Below, one piece after another: positions 52,842-64,000 of a stretch of DNA of 64,000 nt. Location: contig JAZUSK010000035.1 of assembly GCA_045606645.1 (NCBI GenBank), positions 15,745 through 79,744 of the forward strand, given 5' to 3'. Each line of letters starts with the position of its first letter. Within the stretch, counting starts at the first letter, position 1. The notes below the pieces were generated by a model, which worked only from the letters and a program-made list of their open reading frames with translations, was not told the DNA's origin and searched no databases. The stretch comes from Acutalibacteraceae bacterium (GTDB lineage Bacteria > Bacillota > Clostridia > Oscillospirales > Acutalibacteraceae). Both the position numbers and the translations under genes were made by a program.

Positions 52842-55800
52842 ATGGCAAACGTAAAACCCGTAAAGCTCGGCAAGAACACCAGAATGAGTTTTGCAGGAAT
52901 CAATGAAGTTATGCAGATGCCTAACCTTATTGAAGTTCAGAAGAACTCTTATAAATGGTTCCTTGACGTAGGGCTTAGAGAAGTTTTCCGCGATATTGAC
53001 GAAATCACGGATTACACGGGTAATCTTGTCCTTACCTTTATTGATTATCGTATGGACGAGAAGCCGAAGTATAGTGTTGCGGAATGCAAGGAGAGAGATG
53101 CTACCTACTCTGCTCCTCTTCGCGTGCTTGCAAGACTTTACAACAAAGAAACAGGCGAAATCAAAGAGAACGAAGTATTTATGGGTGACTTCCCCATTAT
53201 GACCGATAGCGGTACTTTCGTTATCAACGGTGCTGAGCGTGTTATTATTTCTCAGCTCGTTCGTTCTCCCGGTGTGTACTATGGCTTTACCTATGATAAG
53301 AACGGTAAGAAGCTCTTCACATCAACTGTTATTCCTAACAGAGGTGCCTGGCTTGAGTATGAGACAGACCAGAATGATATTTTCAACGTAAGAATTGATA
53401 AGAACAGAAAGCTTCCTATCACAACATTCATTCGTGCTCTCGGTCTCTCATCCAACAATGATATCCGCGAGTTCTTCGGCGATGACGATCGTATCGAGGC
53501 TACTCTTGAGAAGGATACCACAAAGAATACCGAGGAAGCTTTACTCGAGGTTTACAGAAAGCTTCGTCCCGGTGAGCCCCCGACGCTCGAATCTGCTGAG
53601 ACTCACGTAAATAATCTTTTCTTTGATCCTCACAGATATGATATCTCCAGAGTTGGTAGATACAAATATAATAAGAAGCTTGCTCTTACAGACCGTATTT
53701 CAGGCGGTGTTACTGTTGATGATATTTTCGATCCCTTCACCGGTGACATGATCCTCGAAGCAGGCGAGAAGATTACTGCTGAGTTAGCAGAGAAGATCGA
53801 CCGCGCAGGTGTTAAGGAAGTAATTCTTAACGTTGAAGGTAAGCACGTTAAGGTTATCTCCAACAACATGGTTGATCCCCTTGACTTCATTAAGGGTGTT
53901 ACAAGAGAGCAGCTTGAAGAAATTGCAATCAATGAAAAAGTTCGTTTCTCTGTTCTTAAGGAAATCATTGAGGAATATGGCGACGACGATACAGCAGTTC
54001 TTCTTGAGCAGATGGCTCTTCGTTGTGACGATCTTATTCCCAAGCACATCATTATTGATGATATCTTTGCATCAATTAACTATCTTAACTGCCTTGGCAA
54101 TGAACTTGGCTCTATCGATGATATCGACCATCTCGGTAACCGCCGTATCCGTTCTGTCGGCGAACTTCTTCAGAACCAGTTCAGAATTGGCTTTACAAGA
54201 ATGGAAAGAGTTGTACGTGAGAGAATGACTCTCCAGGCACAGGAGCCCGAAAAGGCTACTCCCGCAGCTCTTATCAATATCAGACCTGTTATGGCGGCAA
54301 TCAAGGAATTCTTTGGTTCATCACCGCTTTCACAGTTCATGGATCAGACAAACCCCCTTGCAGAGCTTACACATAAGCGTCGTCTTTCTGCATTGGGTCC
54401 CGGCGGTCTTTCTCGTGACCGTGCAGGCTTCGAGGTTCGAGACGTTCACTACAGCCACTACGGTAGAATGTGTCCCATCGAGACTCCCGAAGGTCCTAAC
54501 ATCGGTTTGATCTCTTATCTTGCAACATTCGCAAGAATCAATAAGTACGGCTTCATCGAAGCACCCTTCCGTAAGATCGATAAGGAAACGGGTAAGGTTC
54601 TTGACGAAGTTGTATATATGACTGCTGACGTAGAGGATAACTACTGCGTTGCACAGGCTAACGAGCCTCTTGATGAGAACAACTTCTTTATGAACGATCG
54701 TGTAACGGTTCGTTACCGCGATGAGTTCCGCGAAGTTCCCCCCAGCGTTGCTGACTTTATGGACGTTTCTCCCAAGATGGTATTCTCTGTTGCTACATCA
54801 ATGATTCCCTTCCTTGAGAACGACGACGCAAACCGTGCTCTCATGGGATCTAACATGCAGCGTCAGGCAGTTCCGCTCCTTAAGACAGAATCTCCCATCG
54901 TTGGTACAGGTATGGAATACAAGGCTGCTGTTGATAGTGGTGTTGTTGTACTTTGTAAGCGCGATGGTATAGTATCTAAAGTTAGCGCTAAGAAGGTAGA
55001 GGTTATCGCAGACAACGGCGAGACCGATATCTATGAGCTTACAAAATTCATGCGCTCCAACCAGGTCACATGTATCAACCAGCGTCCCGTTGTAGAGGTA
55101 GGGGAGAAGCTTGTTGCAGGCGATGTTATCGCTGACGGTCCCGCTACATCACAGGGTGAAATCTCCCTCGGTAAGAATGCTCTCGTTGGCTTCATGACCT
55201 GGGAAGGTTACAACTACGAAGACGCGGTTCTTCTTAACGAAAAGATGGTTCGTGACGACGTTTATACTTCTATCCACATTGAGGAGCATGAAGTAGAGGC
55301 TCGTGATACAAAGCTCGGACCGGAAGAAATTACAAGAGATATTCCCAACGTTGGTGAAGATGCTCTTGCAAACCTCGACGAAGACGGTATTATCAGAGTA
55401 GGTGCAGAGGTTCACTCAGGCGATATCCTTGTTGGTAAGGTTACTCCTAAGGGTGAAACAGAGTGCACACCTGAAGAGAGACTTCTTCGTGCTATCTTCG
55501 GTGAAAAGGCAAGAGAGGTTCGTGACTCATCACTCAGAGTGCCCCACGGTGAATATGGCGTTGTTGTTCAGGTTGAAGTATTCACAAGACAGAACAGCGA
55601 TGAACTTAACCCCGGAGTAAACAAGGTTGTTCGCTGCTATATCGCTCAGAAGCGTAAGATCAGCGTCGGAGATAAGATGGCCGGTCGTCACGGTAACAAG
55701 GGTGTTGTTTCAAGAATTCTTCCTCAGGAAGATATGCCTTTCCTTCCCGACGGTACTCCTCTTGATATCGTTCTTAACCCCTTGGGCGTTCCCTCACGTA

Positions 55801-56555
55801 TGAACATCGGTCAGGTTCTTGAAGTGCATCTCGGTTATGCAGCAAGAGCACTCGGCTATAAGGTTATGACTCCCGTATTCGACGGTGCTCACGAAAGTGA
55901 TATCCGCGATATGCTCGCAGAGGCTAACCTCTCTACAGACGGTAAGACATGGCTTACAGACGGACGTACAGGTAGAAAGTTCGATAATCCCGTTACAGTA
56001 GGTATAATGTATTACCTCAAGCTCCATCATCTTGTTGACGATAAGATCCATGCCCGTTCAACAGGTCCCTACTCACTCGTTACACAGCAGCCCTTGGGCG
56101 GTAAAGCTCAGTTCGGTGGCCAGCGTTTCGGTGAAATGGAAGTTTGGGCATTGGAAGCTTACGGTGCAGCTTATACTCTTCAGGAAATCCTTACAGTTAA
56201 GTCCGACGACGTTGTTGGTCGTGTTAAGACATACGAGTCAATCGTTAAGGGCTACAACATTCCCAAGCCCGGCGTACCCGAGTCATTTAAGGTTCTTATT
56301 AAAGAACTTCAGTCTCTCGGTCTTGATGTTCGCGTACTTGATAAGGATGATAACGAAATCGACCTCAGACAGAATTTCGACGACGAGGTAGTTCTCCCTG
56401 TTGTTGACAATTCAGATCTTGAAGAAGTAATGAACAGCATCAATGATGCTGAGGATGCAGACGGCTACAGAATTACAGATGAAGAATCCGATGAGGATTA
56501 TATGATGGCTGCAGCCGCTGTTGAAGAAATGTACAGCGACGAGGACGATTTCTGA
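52842..56555 (+). CDS. rpoB: DNA-directed RNA polymerase subunit beta
   Basis: [20 protein letters not shown]... with full-length conserved beta-subunit blocks ([15 protein letters not shown], etc.). ATG at 52842 is preferred over GTG at 52830. Confidence 0.97.
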   Translation: MANVKPVKLGKNTRMSFAGINEVMQMPNLIEVQKNSYKWFLDVGLREVFRDIDEITDYTGNLVLTFIDYRMDEKPKYSVAECKERDATYSAPLRVLARLYNKETGEIKENEVFMGDFPIMTDSGTFVINGAERVIISQLVRSPGVYYGFTYDKNGKKLFTSTVIPNRGAWLEYETDQNDIFNVRIDKNRKLPITTFIRALGLSSNNDIREFFGDDDRIEATLEKDTTKNTEEALLEVYRKLRPGEPPTLESAETHVNNLFFDPHRYDISRVGRYKYNKKLALTDRISGGVTVDDIFDPFTGDMILEAGEKITAELAEKIDRAGVKEVILNVEGKHVKVISNNMVDPLDFIKGVTREQLEEIAINEKVRFSVLKEIIEEYGDDDTAVLLEQMALRCDDLIPKHIIIDDIFASINYLNCLGNELGSIDDIDHLGNRRIRSVGELLQNQFRIGFTRMERVVRERMTLQAQEPEKATPAALINIRPVMAAIKEFFGSSPLSQFMDQTNPLAELTHKRRLSALGPGGLSRDRAGFEVRDVHYSHYGRMCPIETPEGPNIGLISYLATFARINKYGFIEAPFRKIDKETGKVLDEVVYMTADVEDNYCVAQANEPLDENNFFMNDRVTVRYRDEFREVPPSVADFMDVSPKMVFSVATSMIPFLENDDANRALMGSNMQRQAVPLLKTESPIVGTGMEYKAAVDSGVVVLCKRDGIVSKVSAKKVEVIADNGETDIYELTKFMRSNQVTCINQRPVVEVGEKLVAGDVIADGPATSQGEISLGKNALVGFMTWEGYNYEDAVLLNEKMVRDDVYTSIHIEEHEVEARDTKLGPEEITRDIPNVGEDALANLDEDGIIRVGAEVHSGDILVGKVTPKGETECTPEERLLRAIFGEKAREVRDSSLRVPHGEYGVVVQVEVFTRQNSDELNPGVNKVVRCYIAQKRKISVGDKMAGRHGNKGVVSRILPQEDMPFLPDGTPLDIVLNPLGVPSRMNIGQVLEVHLGYAARALGYKVMTPVFDGAHESDIRDMLAEANLSTDGKTWLTDGRTGRKFDNPVTVGIMYYLKLHHLVDDKIHARSTGPYSLVTQQPLGGKAQFGGQRFGEMEVWALEAYGAAYTLQEILTVKSDDVVGRVKTYESIVKGYNIPKPGVPESFKVLIKELQSLGLDVRVLDKDDNEIDLRQNFDDEVVLPVVDNSDLEEVMNSINDAEDADGYRITDEESDEDYMMAAAAVEEMYSDEDDF

Positions 56556-56603
56556 TTGTAAAAATCAGTTTACATCTATTATAGGAAGAAGGGTTATTCA
56601 TAT

Positions 56604-59600
56604 ATGGCATACGATTCAGTTAACGTAACTGTTGAGGATAACAATATAGATTTCGAGTCCATTAAGATCGGACTCGCTTCCCCCGACCAGATCAGAGAAT
56701 GGTCTTATGGTGAGGTTAAAAAGCCTGAAACCATTAACTACCGTACTCTTAAGCCGGAGAAGGAAGGACTTTTCTGCGAGAAGATTTTCGGACCTACAAA
56801 GGACTGGGAATGTCATTGCGGAAAATACAAGAAAATTCGTTTTAAAGGCAAAGTCTGCGAACGCTGCGGTGTTGAAATCACCAAGGCTAAGGTAAGACGT
56901 GAGCGTATGGGTCATATCGAGCTCGCTGCTCCCGTATCACACATCTGGTACTTCAAAGGCACACCCTCAAGAATGGGTCTCATGCTTGATATTTCTCATC
57001 GTGACCTTGAAAAGGTTCTCTATTTCGCTAAGTATATCGTTATCGATCCGGGTGACACACCCCTTGAGAAGAAGCAGATTCTCAGCGAGAAAGAGTACGA
57101 AGAGTACGTTGAAAGATACGATCGTGATTCCTTCAGAGCTGCTATGGGTGCTGAGGCTATCCAGGAGCTTCTCTCTGAAATCAACGTAGATGATCTCTGT
57201 GAGGAGCTTCATAAGGAGCTTGAGACTGCAGCAGGTCAGAAGAAGATCCGTATCCTTAAGAGACTTGAGGTTTGCGAAGCTTTCAAGAACTCAAACAATC
57301 GTCCCGAGTGGATGATTCTCAACGTAATCCCGGTTATTCCTCCGGATATCCGTCCTATGGTTCAGTTGGATGGTGGCAGATTCGCTACATCTGACCTTAA
57401 CGACCTTTACAGACGTGTTATCAACAGAAATAACCGTCTCCAGAAGCTCATTGAATTAGGCGCTCCCGGAATCATTGTAAATAACGAAAAGAGAATGCTT
57501 CAGGAGGCTGTTGACGCTCTTATCGACAACGGCAGACGCGGCAGACCCGTTACAGGTCCTAACAACCGTGCCCTCAAGTCACTCTCAGATATGCTTAAAG
57601 GTAAGCAGGGTCGTTTCCGTCAGAACCTTCTCGGTAAGCGTGTTGACTATTCAGGTCGTTCCGTTATCGTTGTTGGTCCTGAGCTTAAGCTCTATCAGTG
57701 CGGTCTTCCCAAGGAAATGGCACTTGAGCTCTTCAAGCCCTTCGTAATGAAGAGACTTTGCGAGCTCGGTAAAGCAAATAACATCAAGTCAGCCAGAAAG
57801 ATGGTTGAGAGAGCAAGTACAGAGGTTTGGGATGCTCTTGAAGTAGTTATCAAGGATCACCCCGTAATGCTCAACCGTGCTCCCACACTTCACCGTCTCG
57901 GTATTCAGGCATTCGAGCCCGTACTCGTTGAGGGTAGAGCTATTAAGCTTCATCCTCTTGTATGTACAGCGTTCAACGCCGACTTCGACGGTGACCAGAT
58001 GGCTGTTCACGTACCTCTTTCCGCAGAAGCTCAGGCTGAAGCAAGATTCCTTATGCTTGCTGCTAACAACCTTCTTAAGCCCTCTGACGGTAAGCCTGTT
58101 GTTGTTCCCACACAGGATATGATCCTCGGTTCATACTACCTTACACTTGTTAAGGAAGATGAAATCGGTGCAGGTAAAGTATTTAAGAACGTTGACGAAG
58201 CTATGATGGCTTATGACGAAGGCGACCTCGGTCTCCACGCTCCCATCAAGATTCGTATGACAAAAGAAGTTGACGGTAAGGTTTACTCAAAGCTTCTTGA
58301 CTGTACTCTCGGTAAGGTTCTCTTCAACACTCCCGTTCCTCAGGACCTCGGATTCGTTGACAGATCCAACCCCGACAATATGTTTACTCTCGAAATCAAC
58401 GAGCTCGTTAACAAGAAGGTTCTCGGTAGAATCATCGAGCGTTGTATCAGAGTACACGGTACAGCAAAGTCTGCAACAGTTCTTGACAATATTAAGGCTC
58501 AGGGTTATAAGTACTCCACACGAAGCGGTATCACCGTTGCTGTTTGTGATGCTACTATCCCCGAGAAGAAGGCTCAGTTCCTCGCTGAAACTGAAGCGCT
58601 TATTGATACAATCGAAGAAGATTACCAGATGGGTCTTCTCAGTGATCAGGACCGTTCCAGAAGCAAGATCAAGGCATGGGAAGTTTGTACAAAGAACGTT
58701 TCTGCCGAGCTTCGTAACGCTATGGACCGCTTCAACCCCATCTATATGATGCTCGACTCCGGTGCCCGTGGTTCTGACTCACAGCTTCGTCAGCTTGCAG
58801 GTATGCGTGGTCTTATCGCTAACACAGCAGGTAAGACTATCGAAATCCCCATCAGAGCTAACTACCGTGAAGGTCTTAACATCATCGAGTACTTTATCTC
58901 ATCCCGTGGTGCTCGTAAGGGTCTTGCCGATACAGCGCTTCGTACCGCTGACTCAGGTTACCTTACAAGACGTCTTGTTGACGTTTCACAGGAGGTTATC
59001 ATCCGTGAGGAAGATTGCCACTGTCACGACGGTCTTGAAGTTTACGATATCACAGACGGTAACGATGTAATCGAGCCCTTAAGCGAACGTCTCACAGGTA
59101 GATATCTCCTTGAGAACTTCTACGATGCAAACGGTGAGCTTGTTTGTGATATAGATACAATGATCGACGATCAGCTTGCAAAGAAGATCGCGGATATGGT
59201 TAACAGCCGTGAGAATCCTGCTGACAGAAAGATCAAGATCCGTTCACTCCTTACTTGTGAATGTGAGCACGGCGTATGTATCAAGTGCTACGGTTCAAAC
59301 CTTGCTACAGCAGGCCCCGTAACAGTAGGTGAGGCAGTAGGTATCATCGCTGCTCAGTCTATCGGTGAGCCCGGTACACAGCTTACAATGAGAACCTTCC
59401 ACACCGGTGGTGTTGCTTCTCAGGCCGATATTACACAGGGTCTTCCCCGTGTTGAAGAGCTCTTCGAGGGCAGAAAGCCCAAGACACTTGCTATGCTTAG
59501 TGAAATCGCAGGTCGCGTTTCATTTGAGGATATCAAAAAGAGTAAGTACGTTGTTGTTACAGGTGAAGAGGAAGTTGCAAAGTACCTCATTCCCTTCGAT

Positions 59601-60215
59601 GCAAGACTTTGTCAGGAGATCCAAGAAGGCGCATATATTCAGAAGGGTCAGCATCTTACAGAAGGTGCGGTTAACCCCCATGACGTTCTCGCTGTTCTTG
59701 GCGTTGACGCGGTTCATAACTACCTCATCAAGGAAGTTCAGATGACATACCGTATGCAGGGTGTTGATATCAACGACAAGCATATCGAGGTTATCGTTCG
59801 TCAGATGATGCGTAAGGTTAAGGTCGAAGATCCCGGTTCAACAACTCTCCTTCAGGGTACATCAGTTGAGAAGAGAGAGCTTAACGCAGCAAACGCAGCT
59901 GCTAAGGCTCGTTGCGAAGCAGAGGGTATGCCCTTCGTTCCCGCAACATCATCTCCCGTTCTCCTCGGTATCACTAAGGCTTCTCTTGCTACAGAGTCAT
60001 TCCTTTCAGCTGCTTCCTTCCAGGAAACAACTAAGGTTCTTACTGACGCCGCTATCAAGGGTAAGGTTGATCCTCTCCTTGGTCTTAAGGAAAATGTTAT
60101 TATCGGTAAGCTTCTTCCCTCAGGTACAGGTATGAAGTGCTACAGCGACGTTGACGTAGTTTCAACTGCTGTTCCCGAAGATGCATTTAATACAATCGAG
60201 ATTCCTATGGAATAA
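56604..60215 (+). CDS. rpoC: DNA-directed RNA polymerase subunit beta-prime
   Basis: 1203 aa. Zinc motif [20 protein letters not shown]. Catalytic NADFDGD. Confidence 0.97.
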   Translation: MAYDSVNVTVEDNNIDFESIKIGLASPDQIREWSYGEVKKPETINYRTLKPEKEGLFCEKIFGPTKDWECHCGKYKKIRFKGKVCERCGVEITKAKVRRERMGHIELAAPVSHIWYFKGTPSRMGLMLDISHRDLEKVLYFAKYIVIDPGDTPLEKKQILSEKEYEEYVERYDRDSFRAAMGAEAIQELLSEINVDDLCEELHKELETAAGQKKIRILKRLEVCEAFKNSNNRPEWMILNVIPVIPPDIRPMVQLDGGRFATSDLNDLYRRVINRNNRLQKLIELGAPGIIVNNEKRMLQEAVDALIDNGRRGRPVTGPNNRALKSLSDMLKGKQGRFRQNLLGKRVDYSGRSVIVVGPELKLYQCGLPKEMALELFKPFVMKRLCELGKANNIKSARKMVERASTEVWDALEVVIKDHPVMLNRAPTLHRLGIQAFEPVLVEGRAIKLHPLVCTAFNADFDGDQMAVHVPLSAEAQAEARFLMLAANNLLKPSDGKPVVVPTQDMILGSYYLTLVKEDEIGAGKVFKNVDEAMMAYDEGDLGLHAPIKIRMTKEVDGKVYSKLLDCTLGKVLFNTPVPQDLGFVDRSNPDNMFTLEINELVNKKVLGRIIERCIRVHGTAKSATVLDNIKAQGYKYSTRSGITVAVCDATIPEKKAQFLAETEALIDTIEEDYQMGLLSDQDRSRSKIKAWEVCTKNVSAELRNAMDRFNPIYMMLDSGARGSDSQLRQLAGMRGLIANTAGKTIEIPIRANYREGLNIIEYFISSRGARKGLADTALRTADSGYLTRRLVDVSQEVIIREEDCHCHDGLEVYDITDGNDVIEPLSERLTGRYLLENFYDANGELVCDIDTMIDDQLAKKIADMVNSRENPADRKIKIRSLLTCECEHGVCIKCYGSNLATAGPVTVGEAVGIIAAQSIGEPGTQLTMRTFHTGGVASQADITQGLPRVEELFEGRKPKTLAMLSEIAGRVSFEDIKKSKYVVVTGEEEVAKYLIPFDARLCQEIQEGAYIQKGQHLTEGAVNPHDVLAVLGVDAVHNYLIKEVQMTYRMQGVDINDKHIEVIVRQMMRKVKVEDPGSTTLLQGTSVEKRELNAANAAAKARCEAEGMPFVPATSSPVLLGITKASLATESFLSAASFQETTKVLTDAAIKGKVDPLLGLKENVIIGKLLPSGTGMKCYSDVDVVSTAVPEDAFNTIEIPME

Positions 60216-60221
60216 GATAAA

Positions 60222-60260
60222 AAACTCCTCTCGCCACCGATAGGCGAGGGGAGTTTTTAG
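60222..60260 (+). terminator. Rho-independent terminator after rpoC
   Basis: AACTCCTCTCGCC...GGCGAGGGGAGTT followed by TTT. Confidence 0.75.
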
Positions 60261-60275
60261 TTAATAAGTAAGCGT

Positions 60276-60352
60276 GAATAGTGAAAAGGTGAAGGGTCTG
60301 CGACGATATTATAAAATAGCGATAGCCGTATTGAACGCATTTATGCGTTCAA
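60276..60352 (+). repeat. Copy of the dispersed word/GGG/hairpin module
   Basis: GAATAGTGAAAAGGTGAAGGGTCTGCGACGATATTATAAAA...TTGAACGCATTTATGCGTTCAA. The last hairpin is nearly identical to 3605-3624. Confidence 0.6.
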
Positions 60353-60560
60353 TCTTGAGCAAACCCCACACTGCTTTTTGTCGATTGTGATAATTGTTTA
60401 TTCTTTTATATTACGGTGATACAAACTCGTAATATTTTTGTAATTTGACTTAAAAAGGATTTAATGTATAATAAAATTGTAATAGGATTTAAGTATTATT
60501 TGTAAGCATGCAGATTCGGAATATTTCCGATAAAACTTCGGTATCCTCTGGAGGGCTGTT

Positions 60561-60974
60561 ATGAAAAACAAATATAAGGTATTATGTTCTTGCTTTTTGG
60601 TTGTAGCTGTTCTTGTTGGTGTTGTATGTATATACGTTTTTACTCATAGAGTGGATGTTGATAAGGTTGATAATGCAAGAATCAAATTTATCTATTCGGA
60701 TGATGACATAAATGTTGAAATGTCTCGTGACGATATGGACAAGATTAAAAATATATTTGATGGTAAAATTAAGGTGAAAGATAATCCTTCTTGCGGATTT
60801 GATGAATCAATTTCTATTGAATTAGGTGATAATCAAACGTTTTGTTTGGCACAAGATGGTTGTCCAATAGTTTATTTGAAGGAAGAAAACGTTTATATAA
60901 GACTTTCTGAATCTGAAGTTGAAGAGTTACATAATATATTAGGTAAATACGGTATGTATTTTCCGTGTGTTTGA
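60561..60974 (+). CDS. Hypothetical membrane-anchored protein
   Basis: 137 aa. N-terminal TM helix VLCSCFLVVAVLVGVVCIYVF. GGAGGG RBS. Low-GC gene. Confidence 0.6.
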   Translation: MKNKYKVLCSCFLVVAVLVGVVCIYVFTHRVDVDKVDNARIKFIYSDDDINVEMSRDDMDKIKNIFDGKIKVKDNPSCGFDESISIELGDNQTFCLAQDGCPIVYLKEENVYIRLSESEVEELHNILGKYGMYFPCV

Positions 60975-61022
60975 GATAGGCGTTCTTAATAAAATCGATT
61001 AATGCTTCTGAGGTGATTGTAG

Positions 61023-61544
61023 ATGCGAAAATTAATAATAGGTATTGCGACATTTTTATCGTTAGTGTTGTTGACAAGTTGTGACAAAGAAATATCGCAA
61101 ACTGAATTTATGAAGTTTGCGGAGGAATGCAGGGCGCAGGAATATTATCAGAGCTGCAATGAGCTTGTAGCGGATGCAAGTACTTCATATTACTACAACC
61201 ATGATAACATTATTATATTTGAAACATATACAATGCTTGAAAAATGTCATTTGGATAATGAGTCGTTTGAAAGTGTGAAGACGGAAATAAATGATAATTT
61301 TAATGTTTCCGAAATAACTTCCGACTATATGATCAATGGTGTCGCTTATGATATTTACTATGTAGAAGATGAAGACAGATTTTACGGTGAGTATCAGGAG
61401 TTCGGCTTCATAGCATTCAATGAAGAAAAAGGCTTTATCGATTTTTATTGGTTCTATGATCAGGATTATGATCCCGTCATAGATGATGAGGATTCATTTG
61501 ATGAGTTTTTTAAAGATAATTTTGATTGGATTGAAAAGCTGTAA
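61023..61544 (+). CDS. Hypothetical lipoprotein
   Basis: 173 aa. Signal plus lipobox MRKLIIGIATFLSLVLLTS/C. Acidic, aromatic-rich mature part. Low-GC gene. Confidence 0.65.
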   Translation: MRKLIIGIATFLSLVLLTSCDKEISQTEFMKFAEECRAQEYYQSCNELVADASTSYYYNHDNIIIFETYTMLEKCHLDNESFESVKTEINDNFNVSEITSDYMINGVAYDIYYVEDEDRFYGEYQEFGFIAFNEEKGFIDFYWFYDQDYDPVIDDEDSFDEFFKDNFDWIEKL

Positions 61545-61684
61545 AAGACCAACTAGGCGAAGGTTTAGTGATTAATAAGAACTGTGGCTTTAAAGACCGA
61601 AATTCCCCCTTGCAGTGCGCGATTCACTGTGAGGGGGATTATATTTAGGCTCGCGAAGCTTATAAATAAACGCGTATCGCTCCA

Positions 61685-61714
61685 TAATTTCTAATTCTTC
61701 ATTCCTAATTCCTG
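61685..61714 (-). repeat. Copy of the AATT-word module
   Basis: Minus strand CAGGAATTAGGAATGAAGAATTAGAAATTAT, adjacent to a CGCGAAGCTT fragment (61651-61660). Confidence 0.6.
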
Positions 61715-61835
61715 TTTTTCTTCGCATAAATATTAGAAAAATATGTAATAAAAGACAGATATTTGCAAAGAATATTCAAGAAAAATAATAATCGTAATAA
61801 TCAACAAAATTTTTCAAAAAAGTTTGTAAGAAGTG

Positions 61836-61864
61836 TTGACAAAACGCTTGATTAATGGTATCTT
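61836..61864 (+). promoter_or_regulatory. Candidate str-operon promoter
   Basis: TTGACA (61836-61841), 17-nt spacer ending TGG, TATCTT (61859-61864). Confidence 0.45.
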
Positions 61865-61937
61865 ATTACTCGGTGCGTATGGGTGAATTATGCCATTTTC
61901 CCATATCTACCTATTTAAATATCGGAGGTGAAAATAC

Positions 61938-62360
61938 TTGCCAACATTTAATCAGCTCGTTCGTAGCGGAAGACAATCACTCGAAAAGAAGTCAAAAGCT
62001 CCTGCTCTCGGTAAGGGCCTCAACTCTAAGAAGAATGTTTTAACAAACAACAATTCTCCTCAGAAGCGTGGTGTATGTACAGTTGTTAAGACTGACACAC
62101 CTAAGAAGCCTAACTCAGCTCTCAGAAAGCTCGCCAGAGTACGTCTCACAAACGGAATCGAAGTTTCAGCTTACATTCCCGGCGTGGGTCACAACCTTCA
62201 GGAGCATAGCGTAGTGCTTATCCGTGGTGGTCGTGTTAAGGACCTTCCCGGTGTGCGTTACCACATCGTTAGAGGTACACTCGATGCTCAGGGTGTTGCT
62301 AACAGGATGCAGAGCCGTTCTAAGTACGGTGCAAAGCGTCCGAAGGCAGGTAAGAAATAA
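61938..62360 (+). CDS. rpsL: 30S ribosomal protein S12
   Basis: [12 protein letters not shown]...[13 protein letters not shown] start lies 7 nt after GGAGGTG. Confidence 0.95.
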   Translation: MPTFNQLVRSGRQSLEKKSKAPALGKGLNSKKNVLTNNNSPQKRGVCTVVKTDTPKKPNSALRKLARVRLTNGIEVSAYIPGVGHNLQEHSVVLIRGGRVKDLPGVRYHIVRGTLDAQGVANRMQSRSKYGAKRPKAGKK

Positions 62361-62539
62361 TCTTACTCTGTTGACAGATTATTCAAGGACAAATCTTCTT
62401 ATAGGCTGAATTTTATTCAACCAATGGCAAGTGTTTTTATTAACTTTATATATTATAGAGTTGTAAAAGCCATTGGCGCCACGGGAAAGATAGTCACTCG
62501 AGTACCTATGATATCATTAATATGAAGGAGGGAAGCGAA

Positions 62540-63010
62540 GTGCCAAGAAGAGGCCAGATTGCAAAACGTGATGTTTTGCCGGATCCGCTTTACAACTCAA
62601 AGCTTGTTACAAGGCTTATTAACAATGTTATGTTAGATGGTAAGAAGGGTGTTGCACAGAAGATTGTGTACGACGCATTCGACATCATCAAGGAGCAGAC
62701 AGGTAAAGAACCTCTTGAGGTTTTTGAGGCTGGTATGGAGAACGTTATGCCCGTTCTCGAGGTAAAGGCTCGCCGTGTAGGTGGTGCTACTTACCAGGTT
62801 CCGATGGATGTACGTCCTGAGAGACGTGAGACCCTCGGTCTTCGTTGGCTTGCAACATATTCTCGTGCTCGTTCCGAGCGTACAGCTAAGGAAAGACTTG
62901 CAAACGAGATCATGGATGCTACCAACTCAATGGGTGCTGCCTTCAAGAAGAAGGAAGACATGCACAAGAATGCAGAGGCAAACAAGGCTTTTGCACATTT
63001 CAGATGGTAA
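62540..63010 (+). CDS. rpsG: 30S ribosomal protein S7
   Basis: GTG start gives [20 protein letters not shown], the canonical S7 N-terminus. GAAGGAGGG lies upstream. The upstream in-frame ATG at 62522 overlaps the RBS. Confidence 0.93.
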   Translation: MPRRGQIAKRDVLPDPLYNSKLVTRLINNVMLDGKKGVAQKIVYDAFDIIKEQTGKEPLEVFEAGMENVMPVLEVKARRVGGATYQVPMDVRPERRETLGLRWLATYSRARSERTAKERLANEIMDATNSMGAAFKKKEDMHKNAEANKAFAHFRW

Positions 63011-63045
63011 TTGTCTGAAAATCTATATATTATTCGGAGGAAATT

Positions 63046-64000
63046 ATGCCAAGACAGGTATCTTTACAGCAGACTAGAAATATCGGTATCATGGCTCACA
63101 TCGACGCAGGTAAGACTACCACTACAGAGCGTATTCTTTTCTACACCGGCGTTAACCACAAGTTAGGTGAGACTCATGACGGTGCTGCTACCATGGACTG
63201 GATGGCTCAGGAGCAGGAGAGAGGTATTACAATTACTTCCGCTGCTACTACATGTTTCTGGAACGGCAACAGAATCAATATCATTGACACTCCCGGTCAC
63301 GTTGACTTCACTGTTGAAGTTGAGCGTTCACTTCGTGTTCTTGACGGTTCTGTTACAGTTCTCTGTGCTAAGGGTGGCGTTGAGCCTCAGTCAGAAACTG
63401 TTTGGAGACAGGCTGACAAGTACAGAGTTCCTCGTATGATCTACGTTAATAAGATGGACATTATGGGTGCAGACTTCTATAATGTTCTCAATATGATCAA
63501 AGATCGTCTTAAATGTAATGCTGTTCCGATTCAGCTCCCCATCGGTTCTGAATCAACATTCAAGGGAATTATCGACCTCGTTGAAATGAACGCTGTTGTT
63601 TACTATGACGACATGGGTAAGGACATCAGAATTGAAGAGATTCCCGCTGATATGATGGAACTTGCAGAAAAGTATCGCGCAGAGCTTGTTGAGCACGTTG
63701 CTGAGCAGGATGACGAGCTTATGATGAAGTACTTCGACGGTGAAGAACTCACAGTTGAAGAAATCAAGACTTGCATCAGAAAAGCAACTATTGCTAACGA
63801 CATGGTTCCCATTGTTTGCGGTACATCCTACAAGAACAAGGGTGTTCAGAAGCTTCTTGACGCGGTTGTTGACTACATGCCCGCACCCACAGATATCGAA
63901 GCTATCAAGGGTATCAATCCTGAAACAGAAGAGGAAGAAGTTCGTAACTCTTCCGATAACGAGCCTTTCGCAGCTCTTGCTTTCAAGATTGCTACAGACC
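63046..64000 (+). CDS. fusA: Elongation factor G, N-terminal ~318 codons; continues past the right edge
   Basis: Hand translation [35 protein letters not shown].... GGAGG RBS. No stop in the window, so it is absent from the ORF track. Confidence 0.95.
   Translation, partial: MPRQVSLQQTRNIGIMAHIDAGKTTTTERILFYTGVNHKLGETHDGAATMDWMAQEQERGITITSAATTCFWNGNRINIIDTPGHVDFTVEVERSLRVLDGSVTVLCAKGGVEPQSETVWRQADKYRVPRMIYVNKMDIMGADFYNVLNMIKDRLKCNAVPIQLPIGSESTFKGIIDLVEMNAVVYYDDMGKDIRIEEIPADMMELAEKYRAELVEHVAEQDDELMMKYFDGEELTVEEIKTCIRKATIANDMVPIVCGTSYKNKGVQKLLDAVVDYMPAPTDIEAIKGINPETEEEEVRNSSDNEPFAALAFKIATD

Noticed and set aside
1-64000. Prophage, IS element, integron or defence island
   Set aside because: No integrase, transposase, recombinase, restriction-modification, cas or phage structural genes are recognisable in any frame. 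The repeats present are non-coding.

Overview
64-kb chromosomal window from a moderate-GC Firmicute of the class Clostridia. Gene content and the cohesin-like surface proteins suggest a Ruminococcus/Oscillospiraceae-like organism, but that is inference only. No rRNA, tRNA, CRISPR array, transposase or integrase is visible.

Layout, left to right:
- Partial tex gene on the minus strand.
- A 1.1-kb gene-free, repeat-rich stretch holding a tandem ~106-bp array and nested inverted repeats.
- A minus-strand operon: glycyl-radical enzyme, activase, FGGY kinase, PMI-like isomerase and one hypothetical gene.
- A GDPD phosphodiesterase gene.
- A pyrimidine operon (pyrC-carB-pyrK-pyrD-pyrF-pyrE-pyrB-pyrI) behind a PyrR-type attenuator. 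No carA is present.
- A purine operon (purE, purF-like, purM, purN, IMP cyclohydrolase, AICAR formyltransferase, purD, purL) behind a ZTP (pfl) riboswitch.
- A small XRE pocket, then mntP, a hydrolase gene and a NUDIX gene.
- Three tandem paralogous secreted proteins, each with a cohesin-like N-terminal domain followed by 5, 7 or 12 FN3-like repeats.
- A divergent pair of operons. One encodes a HydS-like putative H2-sensing module (DRTGG, GHKL, hydrogenase homologue, DRTGG, PHP). The other encodes an Hnd/HydABC-type electron-bifurcating [FeFe] hydrogenase with an embedded GHKL ATPase.
- rpoB-rpoC, a low-GC two-gene insertion, then rpsL-rpsG-fusA (partial).

A degenerate modular repeat family (AATT-word, GGGG, short GC hairpin) recurs in most intergenic gaps.

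The most interesting items are the sensory-hydrogenase module, the orphan glycyl-radical enzyme cluster, the cohesin/FN3 trio, the repeat island at 2.6-3.7 kb, the dispersed repeat family and a PurF homologue that lacks the N-terminal catalytic cysteine.
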